DNA of 64,000 bases. Source: Hydrolagus colliei (taxonomy: Eukaryota). This document shows positions 1 through 10,580 of the stretch, piece by piece. Every line of letters starts with the position of its first letter. The first letter of the stretch is position 1. The notes beneath the pieces were generated by a model. That model saw nothing but the letters and a program-made list of their open reading frames with translations. It was not told where the DNA came from and did no database searches. A program made the translations under genes and the position numbers. The stretch is taken from NCBI GenBank assembly GCA_035084275.1, contig CM068742.1, positions 122,636,001 through 122,700,000 on the forward strand, in the 5' to 3' direction.

Positions 1-519
1 AAGACTTTGAAATGTCCTCCCAACTTTAAAGGTGCTGTAGCAACTGCGAATATTATTATAAATTATCCTGTTTTGCCCCGGCAACATTTGCTCTGAATTT
101 CCGCTTCCGACAGCTGCATGCTTTGACTTTTATGAGTTTATATGAGTCTGTGGGCTTATCACCTACTTCTACAGAAAAGCCAGGGTGCCCAGCAAGCAGG
201 GTATTCAAATAGTTCAGTCTTTATTTGATGAAGGGGTGGATAATGGTCTCAGAATCCCAGGGCGAGAGGCAGTGTTATGAACACACCCACATGATAAACA
301 GGTGTGTGCCTTGACCGGTCACTAGGGATGGGGAATCATCCTACTCAGCTTCTGTTAATCCTAGCCCAACCGGATAATTTTACCAAACAGAGATATCGAT
401 GGCAAGCTATGCGGTTTTAACTGGTTAGACTCCTGTAGTACTCCAACGCACACTGTGAGGTCCCCAAGCCTTGGTTCTTGCCAACCTGGCCCTAATACTT
501 TCCAGATTTAGGTAAGCAG

Positions 520-915
520 GATGCATCTGAGGGCTGTAAGTCCCTAGCAGATGGATGAGGTGAAGTTCCTCGAGCTTGCGCTGTGGTTCATTGGAACAGT
601 GTAGGAGACCATGGATGGAGAGGTCAGAATCTAAGTGGGAAGGAGAGTTGAACTGGCAAGAAACCGGAAGATCAGGATTATGCTTGTGGTCAGAACGGTG
701 TTCAGAAAATTGGTTACCCAATCTGCATTTTGTTTTCCCAGTATAGCGGAGACTACACTGTGAGCAGCATATGCAGTATTCTACATTGGTGGAAGCAGAT
801 GTAAATCGCTGTCTAACATGGGAAGTTTTTTAGGGGCCTGGGACAGTGGTCTGGGAGGAGATGAAACCGCAGGTATTGCATCTCCTGTGCTAGAGTGAGA
901 AGGTGCTGGGGGCGG
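520..915 (-). mobile_element. Penelope-like retroelement fragment (GIY-YIG endonuclease C-terminus)
   Basis: Minus-strand translation has ..YTGKTKCRLGNQFSEHRS..PDLPVSCQFNSPSH..LSIHGLLHCSNEPQRKLEELHLI, a typical vertebrate Penelope GIY-YIG end; degraded. Confidence 0.8.
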
Positions 916-1599
916 GTTGGGGGAGGAGAGCAGCTGTTGATGGTTTACTAATAGTTGCTGCTGTACTTGGGCATATTATAATGAGGTTCTGAGTGCTGGT
1001 TTTTTTCCAATTCAGTATCTGTGTGTAATAATTGACACAGATTTACTTGGTACAAACTCACATGGGATGGGTACAAACTCACAGGTGGGCATTACCCTGA
1101 TTTATACACACACACAATATATTAGAAGCATTTTATTTGACAGTGTTTATATACATTCAGCAAATTAGGAAGGGATTAACCTGATATTCACGCAAAGTAG
1201 AATTTCAGTAGAAAGCAATTTAGCTTGGAGTTTACAAAGTAGACACGTATTCAGAAAAAGAATGTTTGCATTTGATATAGCACCTTATCATGTCTGCTAG
1301 ACATCGCAAAGCTCTTCACCGAATAATAATAATTCTGGAATGTACTGCAAACAATGTATGTTTTGTGGGCTAAATGCGGCATTCAATTACACACTGCAGT
1401 GTTGCACAGTCATGGGTTAAGTGACCAAATTATTATTTCAATTAAATAGTTTTGAGGGGCTTAATACCCCCAGAACAGCAATCCGCCAATTGACTTAACA
1501 ACCAGGTTCCTACTGAGGTAAACCGAGGTGTGCGGAGTAAGGATACTTTCCCAACCTTTCTGCCTGCCTGGGGGGTAGAGTTTGGTAGGCACAGACAAA

Positions 1600-1894
1600 C
1601 ACAATATAATTTATTGATGCATAAAGCACGTAAATATGGAGAGAGGAGTTGTGCACACAGTAATATTAGGAGGAGTGTCAGAGGGTGAGCAGTGAGGCAG
1701 GTTTCCTCCCCTTCATTTCAGTCACACAACACAAGCGGTCGGATCCATCCGGCGGAAAGAGGTGATCGGGAAACTGCTGGACTGGACTCACAGTGAGACT
1801 ATCACCTTCAGACAGACAGACTTGGGGTGGGCTGTGTGGCTGCCCCCCCCCCCCCCCCCTCCACCCCCAGGGGAGAGAGAGAGAGACCCACACC
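1600..1894 (+). promoter_or_regulatory. Probable proximal promoter/5' UTR of the TTC39B-like gene
   Basis: Repeat-free, locally GC/CpG-enriched sequence just upstream of the Kozak ATG, with a poly-C run at ~1843-1859 and a GA repeat. The TSS cannot be placed from sequence alone. Confidence 0.4.
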
Positions 1895-1927
1895 ATGGCC
1901 AACCACGAGGGATGCCAGCCAGACGAG
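1895..1927 (+). CDS. TTC39B: TTC39B-like, coding exon 1 (MANHEGCQPDE)
   Basis: Strong Kozak context caccATGg. The 33-nt exon ends GAG|gtaact (phase 0) and joins exon 2 to give ...PDE-EQFEDAF, matching the position of human TTC39B ...EADE-DVFEDAL. Confidence 0.75.
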
Positions 1928-2707
1928 GTAACTCTCTCAGCCCCTCCAGCGCCTTCCCATTCATTCCTCAGCAAATCATATTGTGCTTTAATTGCAAGTT
2001 TGGATCCCAATCAGTGACAGAGGAGAGAGGAGAGAGAGATAAATAAATACCGAATGACCCGGAGTGTGTGTGTGTGCTGGAGTAATTGGGGACTAGGAAA
2101 GAATGTTTAACATTGCTTGATGCAAAGCATGTCCTTACATGACTTGGTGACTCGAGATGTGATTTTTTTTAAATAAAAAAAAAGAAAAACGTAAGGAAAA
2201 TGAAAGATTCTCATCGTTGTTCAGTTCAGATCGTGTCTTGATTTGCAAACCCCGTTGAAAAAGCTCTGTTTATTGCCGTGTTTTTGTCATTCACCTTGGC
2301 CACATTTGTGTTTGGAGGGAGGGGGTGGGGGGTGGGGGTGGAATTTGCTTTGGCGATAGATAGTAACGCCTTTATGCCTATAAATAAACAGAGATTTGGT
2401 GTGTGCGTGAGAGGGGAAGCATTTCATGAATTGGATCGGAAATGGTGGGTGTGTTTATATGTTCGATTTGATGATGAGTGTATAAACCAGCCAGTGTCTC
2501 TGTGTGTAACCCCAAGCTCAGGGCTGCCTGAACCCCCCACTGCCTGACACACTTCCTTATTGATTGCACGCTGCCACTGAGACCTTTAGACAGAGTGCTT
2601 TCTGAAGCCTGTTTGTGTTACAGCTGGAGAGGTGGGGGAGGGTAGCTTGGGCTCAGCCTCAGTGACAGATGAGTGCAATGCTGCTGTTGTAGCTTAGCCC
2701 AATTGAA

Positions 2708-2899
2708 GGGCTGGTGTCTGAGGTGAGACCTGGGCTGGTGTCTGAGGTGAGACCTGGGCTGGTGTCTGAGGTGAGACCTGGGCTGGTGTCTGAGGTGAGA
2801 CCTGGGCTGGTGTCTGAGGTGAGACCTGGGCTGGTGTCTGAGGTGAGACCTGGGCTGGTGTCTGAGGTGAGACCTGGGCTGGTGTCTGAGCTGGGACCT
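2708..2899. repeat. 24-bp minisatellite (GGGCTGGTGTCTGAGGTGAGACCT) x8
   Basis: Seven perfect units plus one variant. A further variant unit lies at ~3799-3831. Confidence 0.97.
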
Positions 2900-2904
2900 G
2901 GGTT

Positions 2905-3240
2905 GTTCTCCAATAAGGTCCCCACAATCCATGACCTTATCCTGAATGAGCACATTGATATTCTTGGGTTTACGGAAACCTGGCTCTCCCCCAGTGACTC
3001 TGACCCTCTATTTGAAGCCTATTCCTCTGACTGCTTCCCCTCTTTCGAGCATCTCACCCTCTACCATCGTTCTCTCATTGAAAATTGTGGTCTACAGCTC
3101 CACAGAAACCCCTGGCTCCTTCCTCTCTGACATCTCTTCTCCCTGTCCCTCTGCTCTGAACACCCGCTCATAATGGGTGACTTCAATCTCCACATAAACT
3201 CCCCTTGCACCACATCCTCTAACTTCACTTCTCTCCTCTC
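2905..3240 (+). mobile_element. L2-clade LINE ORF2 endonuclease fragment
   Basis: Translation NKVPTIHDLILNEHIDILGFTETWLSP..., later ..MGDFNLHINSP (APE-type EN motifs ETWL and GDFN); internally deleted. Confidence 0.8.
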
Positions 3241-3760
3241 AATAACAAAAACAACAAAATTACACTTGTATAGTGCCTTTTACGTCAGGAGGACATTCGA
3301 AGGTGTTGGACAGTCACTGCTTCAGACCTGACCTGGGGACGGGGTAGGGGGAGGGAAGGGGGGATTGGGATTTGCCGATGGGTCCATTGAAGAGGAGGGT
3401 CTTGAGGTGAGATTTAAAGTAGGCCAGGGAGGGGGCGAGGCGGAGGGACTGCGGGTTGGACTTCCAGAGGTTGGGGGCAGAGTGGCGAAAGGCTCGCCCC
3501 ACAATGGAGTTCTGGATTATCTGCAGCCTGTGGAAGGAGTAATTGGGAAGGCCGACAAGCAGGGCATTTGCTTAATTGAGCCAGGATGTAATGAAGGTGT
3601 GAATGAAGATTTCAGCGGCTTTGGAGGAGAGGTAGTGGCGGAGTCGGGCAATGTTGCAGAGATGGGGAAAGGCAGAGTGAGTCATTGCTTGGATGTGGGG
3701 GAGCAAAGACAATTGAGGGTTGAACAAGACATCTAGATTCCTGACTGGCTTGGTGAGCAA
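3241..3760 (-). mobile_element. L2 LINE 3' end with (GTT)n tail
   Basis: Minus-strand RNLDVLFNPQLSLLPHI..IARLRHYL..GRAFRHSAPNLWKS..FKSHLKTLLF, ending in GACGTAAAAGGCACTATACAAGTGTAATTTTGTTG. Confidence 0.85.
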
Positions 3761-5182
3761 CCATGGAGGTTGATGCTGCTAGCGCCTGATGCATGAGCTG
3801 AGACCTGGGCTGGTGTCTGAGCTGGGACCTGAGCTATTGCGGAGAGCTGTGTGATCAGCTTGTCTGAAATCAGTGTCTCCTCCTGAGACACTCACACCGC
3901 AGGCTTGAGCTCTCAGTAGTGGTGATTGCCACATAGGGACCTACCTAGGCAATTGAGACAAGGAAATTAGTCTTAGCTTTCCCCCCCAACCTCACTTCCT
4001 GTAGAAACACTTGACGTTTATTGAAATCAATCTGCCTACCTGAATGAGGCTGAGTTCATCACCTTGCTCAAAGGCAGTGGGCAGACACTGAATGCATTTT
4101 ATGTTTGGATAGCGATATGACACCTCACGTGTTCATTGATGTATATGTACAGTCTTCTCTTCTGAGCACCTCCCGTCCCCTTCACTCCTTTCTCACTAAT
4201 TGCAATTAATTAAATAAAAGAATTGCAAACAATCTGAATAAAGGAAGCACTTTACAAAAAAACTGGGGGTGGGTGAAGAATGACCCAATGGTCAGAATCT
4301 GATGATCCATCAGGCTTACCATTACTATGTAATTATAATCATTGCCTTTGATACAACACTTTATCATATCTTCGAGACATCTCAAAGAGCTTCACGGAAT
4401 ATATTGTAAAGCCAATTGACCATATCTTGTGGGTGAACCTCGATAGGCAATTGCAATGAAACATACAGATCCATGTTTGTCAACATTTAGAGATTAAATT
4501 AAGTATCAATATTAATTGCAGAATGAACTAGGCTGTTGTATATTTATAAATCACCCTGAAACACACATATCTGTATTACTTCACTGTGATTCTATTTTAG
4601 AACACTTCTACTATGTTCTGCAAATGGGTTTAGCAAAATCCAGGATGAAGACATAAATTCAAGCTTTTGGGATTTAATGTTTGTAGCTAGTGTTTCTTGT
4701 GTTGCAGCAGAAATGGGAAGAGAGAGAATGACTGATATGTGTAAATGTGTAATTCTTTGATATTTCATTGAATCCTCAAGAGGACTAAGGATAAGTAAAT
4801 CTCTCCCTGATTGTGTTGAAGCTATGTACTGAGTCAGAGTCAGAGGGAGTGGGGAGATTTGCAGGGTCCTAGATTAAATGATTAACAGCTCATCTGAGCT
4901 ACAAAACCTCCCACAATTAGCAGCGTTCCGGTTATGAGCTCAAATCCTGATATGCATTTCAAATAGCTAACTTTAGACTCCCAAGTCAAAAGTACTAGCA
5001 ACTGAGCCAAACTGATGCAAGACCCAATTTAAAGCATTTCAATTACTTGAAACACTTTCAACTGTTGTGTTAGTTTCTACCTTGGCATGATATGTGGCAC
5101 GATGCATAATTATTGGTGTCAGATATTGTCTTTATGAAGTTGTTTGAGAAGTTACTCCATGTAACTTACTCCATGTAATGTT

Positions 5183-5491
5183 GAGTCTTGTAGCTCAGTG
5201 GTTAGAGCACTTGCCTTGCAGGCAAGAGACCAGGCAGGGTGAAACTTTGGGCCGGTTTCCTTACTCCATAAATTTGATAATAATCCCATGAGAATAAAAA
5301 ACACTTCAATCCACGACTTTGTGGGGCAATGCTGTGTGCAATTGGCTGCCGCGTTTCACCCACAAATGTACAGTCAATTCACTTTACAGTATACAACAAC
5401 AACAGCAAAATTACACTTGTATATTCTCTGAGGTGCTTTGAGATGTCTAGAAGAAGTAATAATGCATTATATCAAATACAAGGGTTATTAT
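5183..5491 (+). mobile_element. tRNA-derived SINE (Deu-type body, L2-like 3' tail)
   Basis: A-box TAGCTCAGTGG, body motif GCTGTGTGCAATTGGCTGCCGCGTTTC, and tail ..ATCAAATACAAGGGTTATTATT. More than 10 related copies occur in the window. Confidence 0.85.
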
Positions 5492-6980
5492 TTGAAAGAT
5501 TTTATATTTATGCAGTTAATAGGCTGGAGTGTGCTTCAATGCCATAATGAGAGTGAAACTGAGCTAATACAATGTAACTTGAAAGTAACAACAGTAAACT
5601 CACGATAATTCTACCCTGGTTTACCTTGTCACTGACACTTATGTCATCGTACTGTCAATATCCCAGAGCCCTCCCCCCCTAACTCTCCATTCCTTATAAC
5701 TCATCACTAACTTCCCCCATTTTCTCTTGGAGTGATGAGCTATCAGGAGTTTAATGTATTTCTGATCAGGGTGGGCAGTAAATTCTAGTCTATTCACCAC
5801 AAGATTTCTTTGATGTATCTATCTCTCAGTCTAATTGGATTGTTTTCATTGACTGGAAGTTTTCTAGGTACTTCATGAAACCCTTCATAATCTTAAAATA
5901 CCTCTCAGGAGCTCATTCCTTGAATTTATTCGCATTTGTTATGGGCCCTAATTTGCTCCTCTTGACAGTTGAGACTTGGCTGCTGCCTGGAGAGATGAAA
6001 GAGAATAGGGAAGGAGAGATGAAAACTCGAAACAATGAAAAGGGAATTAGACTATTAAACTTGTTCAGCTTGTGGAATATCGGTTACTAACTTAATTATA
6101 AAGCAGACCTGCGGCTATGCTTGGATAACTATCTCCCAATTAAAAAAAAACAGATAATTTGCTTCATTCATGGCTGTTTGTAGGATAGCCTTGATGTCCT
6201 GATATGAAAGATCTACAAAAACTGTAAGGATTATTTCTCTGAATCTTAATACTCATTAAATAGTTGTTTAACTGCCTTTTGTCTGTTCCATATTTTTATC
6301 AGGGGAGAAATGATTCTTCTAATCTTAATGCTAGTGGAGTTTTTGCATGCTTATAATATAGTTAGGTTTGGTGCTAGACTCATTAGAAATCAAATTGAAG
6401 CAATAATGGAAAGATCAGGGAGGGAAGGGAAGGGAAAATCAAATGGACCTAATGGCCTAATTCATCTAAACTTCCCCTTTATGTTGAAAATTGGCATGTT
6501 ATGCAATTTAGTGGAGAGGAAATCCTGTTTCCTCTTAAATTGTAAACTAATACGTGAGCTTTGATGAGAAAGGATTTTGTCTGTATCTATACAGGGAGGA
6601 GGGAGAAATAACCATCTCTGAACTGTAGAAATTCTCAAGGTAATCTTTGTGAAGATGTATTTGAACACTTTTGTTGCATCATGAATGAATCACAAGGTTT
6701 CTCAGAAATAAAGCTTCACCTGTGCCATAATTAGTGCATGGTTGATCCTAATTCAACAACAACTCACAATTTAGGACACCAAGGTAACATCGCAGATTTG
6801 TTAATTTCTCTAATACTAGCAGAGTACATATGTGAATTTACATTGGGATATCATTTTCAAATACTATTCCGAATTAAATCGTTAGCATTTCAATTTCTGT
6901 AACATTTGTTTAAAGTTTTCTTTACTAACAATGCTCTCTCTCCTTGCTCAGGCTCTGTCAGTTGTGAAGTGTATTGAGAC

Positions 6981-7744
6981 TAGGGTCCGCCGATATATAG
7001 ATATATAAAATCGGAATGCGCGCACACTGAACTACAAGACCCAAAATGCTCATCTCTAAACACAATGCACAGACCGAGGTGCAAAGCCACCATATTGTAT
7101 TCATAGTCCTCGAACACAATATACAGGTATACAAGGGGTGGGGGGGGCGGGGGGAGAGAAGGCTGGAGGGGGGAGGGGGAGGGGGAGAGAGACGGCTGTG
7201 GGGGTGTGGGGGTGTGGGGGGGGACAGAGACGGCTGGGGGGTGTGTAGGGGGAGAGAGACGGCTGGGTGGGGGGTGGAGAGAGACGGCTGGGGTGGGTGG
7301 GGGGTAGAGATGGCGGGGGGGGGGGGGGGGTGTAGAGGGAGAGAGACGGCTGGGGGGGGTAGGGGGGGAGAGACGGCGGGGTGGGTGAGGGGGGAGAGAG
7401 ATGGCTGGTGGGGGTGGGGGGAGAGACGGGGTGGATGTGATAATATACAGATAGATAGAGATGGGGGGGATGTGAGAGAGACACAGAGACACAGACAGAA
7501 AAACACAGAGATGGAGAGAGTGAGAGAAACAGAGAGAGAAAAATATTTACCTGCTGAGGACATAGGCCCCGAATGCGCGCACACCCGAAATGCGCGCGCA
7601 CCAGGAACGCACGCATACTCCGAATTCGCGCGCCGCGTGCGTATGCGCAATATGAAAAACCCGAAAATATCGATATTTCGGTATATCACGATATGAGACC
7701 ATTGATATATCTAAATCGGAAAATTTCCATATCGACGGACCCTA
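6981..7744 (+). mobile_element. Non-autonomous hAT element (MITE family A), copy 1
   Basis: TIRs TAGGGTCCGCCGATAT / ATATCGACGGACCCTA with a perfect 8-bp TSD ATTGAGAC (6973-6980, 7745-7752). G/GA-rich interior. Confidence 0.9.
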
Positions 7745-7752
7745 ATTGAGAC

Positions 7753-8013
7753 TAGTGTCTGGCGATATATCGATATATCGGTTATATCAGAAAAATTCAA
7801 TATATTGAAAAAAACCGATATATCGCAAATATCGATATATCGTTTCTGACGATCTATCGATCTATCAGTATATATCGGTAAAATGCGGACTTTTTCAACT
7901 TACCTTGTCGATATCCAAATGCGCGCGCACACCGGAATGCAATATATCGGTATATGTCGATATGAGCAAACCGATATATCGATATCGGAAAATTTCCTTA
8001 TCGACGGATCCTA
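7753..8013 (+). mobile_element. Non-autonomous hAT element (MITE family A), copy 2, in tandem with copy 1
   Basis: Ends TAGTGTCTGGCGATAT / TTATCGACGGATCCTA, flanked by ATTGAGAC at 7745-7752 and 8014-8021. Confidence 0.9.
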
Positions 8014-8049
8014 ATTGAGACATTCTCCTGATATTAAAAGAACAATATA

Positions 8050-8570
8050 CAGTAAAAGCCCGTTTATCCGGGACCCATGGAACCTGGCCAATGCCGGTTA
8101 AATGGCATGCTGGATATTCGGTCGGAGACAACACCGAAAACACAATACAAAAAAAAACTTATGTTAACACATACCATATTAATAATAGACTGAATAATAA
8201 CAGATAATAACAGACTTTGTTATTCACCTAAAAATTCACTTAAAAATCACCTTTGCTGGTAGATGCCTGGGTTGAAGTCATGATGCTGGGGTAGAGGTGT
8301 CTACTAATAACTTCTGCAATGGCGGACACCACGCAAGGTATTTCGGTTTGCCGCTAATAGAGCCTTAAAGTCAACAGCACGACTTTAAGGCTCTACTAGC
8401 GACAAGTCAAAATACCTGTACAGTACTCTCGTGCGACAATTGATTCATTAAATGCGCCATTGCGATTGTGCCAGAAAATATCCGGTTAATTGGATGAAAA
8501 CTTTTTTTGGGGCATACCGGTCATACGGAAGTTCTGGTTGATCGAGTCATGGATAAATGGGCTGTTACTG
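8050..8570. mobile_element. Tc1/mariner (Tigger/pogo-like) MITE, family B
   Basis: TA TSD on both sides; TIRs CAGTAAAAGCCCGTTTATCC / GGATAAATGGGCTGTTACTG. Confidence 0.85.
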
Positions 8571-9444
8571 TAAATTATTGTATTGTAAACCAATCACTTT
8601 GGATTTCATTGTCAGATATGTCCTCACTACACAATGAAGGTTTTTAAAGAGTTAACTATTTTGAAAAGGCAGTGTTATATCTCTCACCAGAGCTACTTGT
8701 ACAGCTAAGGAAAGTTTTTGATTTTGAACGTTGAACAGCATGGTTTGAATGAGACACATCAAAACTGTGATCTTTAAACTCATATTATATTGAAGATTTT
8801 CCAGTACGCTGAGCAGGATGTCCTGTGTTGTGTCTGGCCAGATATCGGTAGGAATCAGGATGCTGTTATCTGTGGGTGCTGACACAACTGTGACCAAATT
8901 GTATTTAGATTGTTGGTATGCTCAGTGCTATGAATATTTCACTAAACCATTGTTAATATAGGATGTATCTGTTTAGACAAGTCCAAAATCCCACTTTCTA
9001 ATTGCAATTTTTAAATCTCCTACCTTAATGGAACTTGTATAATTAGTAATATTTGGTTAGTGAGATATTAGTAATAATAAAAATAATAATCCTTGCATTT
9101 GATATAGTGCTTTTCACATATTATGGATGTCTCATAGTGTTTCCCTATCTTGGTTAACTTGGTTAACTTTGGCCTCCCAGATGTTTTGGTGCCAGGAATA
9201 GTTTTTATAGAATTGGCATCGGCCCATAGATAAATTCACCAATAGAAACTTTAAGATTTAAGATCTACACAACCTTGTTTGATGGATGGCCTGGGAACAC
9301 CTAGCAGATTATTTTAAATAATAGTTAGCAATAATAATAATAAAAGTTAGTTCTTGCTATTCCTCATTGTTATCTCAACTCAATTGGAATGACAGTCACA
9401 GTAGTGATGCTATTGTGCCCTAATGCCCTTTGGTTAGGAGAGTT

Positions 9445-9763
9445 AATAAAAATAATCATAATAATCATGATCATAATCCTTGCATTTGATATAGCGCTTT
9501 TGTACGTTTTCTAGACATCTCAAAACCCTTCATAGAATATACTGTAAAGTGAATTGACTGTATATTTGTGGGCAAAACATGGCAGCTAATTACACACAGC
9601 AGTGTCCCATAAACAGTTGCGGATTGTAATGACAATTTTTAATTGAGGGATTATTATTGGCATTTGGAGTAAGGAAACTTGCCCAAGGTTTCACCCAGCT
9701 TGGAATCGAACCCAGGACTTTTGTTTGTAAGGCAAGTGGTATAAAGACTGAGCTACAGGACTC
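9445..9763 (-). mobile_element. Full-length tRNA-derived SINE
   Basis: On the minus strand: head GAGTCCTGTAGCTCAG, B-box GGTTCGATTCC, Deu-type body and (ATT)n-like tail. Confidence 0.88.
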
Positions 9764-9945
9764 TACATTTTTCTAGTGTTTTTAAAGTCCTAATCTTGCA
9801 GCTCATGTTTTAAATATTGAAATTTGAGGTCAAGTCAGCCAAATGTGATAGCGATGAAAAGCTGTGGCAGAGAACTGGAGAGTGACAATATAGTGGTAAC
9901 ATTCTTGAAAAAGGAGATAGAGGTAATGCAGGTAACGCAGGTACC

Positions 9946-10160
9946 TTCACGACACCTCATCCCACCCGGTCTCTTGCAAAGATGGCATCCCCATTTCCCA
10001 GTTCCTCCGCCTCCACCGCACCGACTCTGGCGATGCAACATTTCAGACCAGAGTGACTGAGATGTCTGCATTTTTCCTCGACCGACGATTCCCACCAATC
10101 CTGGTAGCAAAGGCCCTTGATCGTGTCCATCCAATTTCCCGCACCTCCGCCCTCACCCCT
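9946..10160 (+). mobile_element. Penelope-like element fragment (RT thumb/linker)
   Basis: SHPPGL..KDGIPISQFLRLHR..DATF..EMSAFFLDRRFPPILVAKALDRV, similar to the Penelope 'IPxSQFLRLRRI' region. Confidence 0.7.
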
Positions 10161-10580
10161 GAAGGTGGGGAAGGAGTGGGTAAGGCAGAGGGATTGAGCG
10201 AGAGAAGTATGAAATTTTGGGTGAAGGCACGGCCATCCCTGGTGGAATGGAGGATAGGAGGGACAAACTGGAAGCTGGAGAAAACCTGAGCAGTGATAGT
10301 GGGTGGTGCAGTGGAAACAAGTGAGAGGATTTTGAAATCAATCTGTTCTCTGATTTGGAGCCAGTGGAACCTGGCAAAGACTGGTGTGAAGCTATCAAGT
10401 TTTGTGTGAGTGAGTATCCAGGTGGAGGAGTTTTGAACTAATCGGATTTAATTTATGGTGGAGCTGGGGAGACATTGGAATATTCCAGCTGGAAAGTGTC
10501 TAAGGCGTGGTTGAGGGTTTTAGCTGTGGTGGTTGAGAGGTACGGACGGAGATGGGCAATGTGACGAAGGTGGAAAAAAG
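10160..10580 (-). mobile_element. Degraded L2 LINE ORF2 3' fragment
   Basis: Purine-rich plus strand. Minus strand resembles the L2 C-terminal 'FFHLRHIAHLRPYLS..HALDTF' and 'LHWLQI..RLISK' segments. Confidence 0.65.

Noticed and set aside
2708-2899. CRISPR array or repeat-protein gene (ORFs with HQPRSHLR, TSDTSPGL, SEVRPGLV repeats)
   Set aside because: Head-to-tail 24-mers with no unique spacers and no cas genes, in a vertebrate intron. The ORFs exist only because 24 is a multiple of 3.
6958-7696. Pro- or Gly-rich ORFs of 170-243 aa
   Set aside because: Translations of the low-complexity G/C core of a hAT MITE, with no domain signature.
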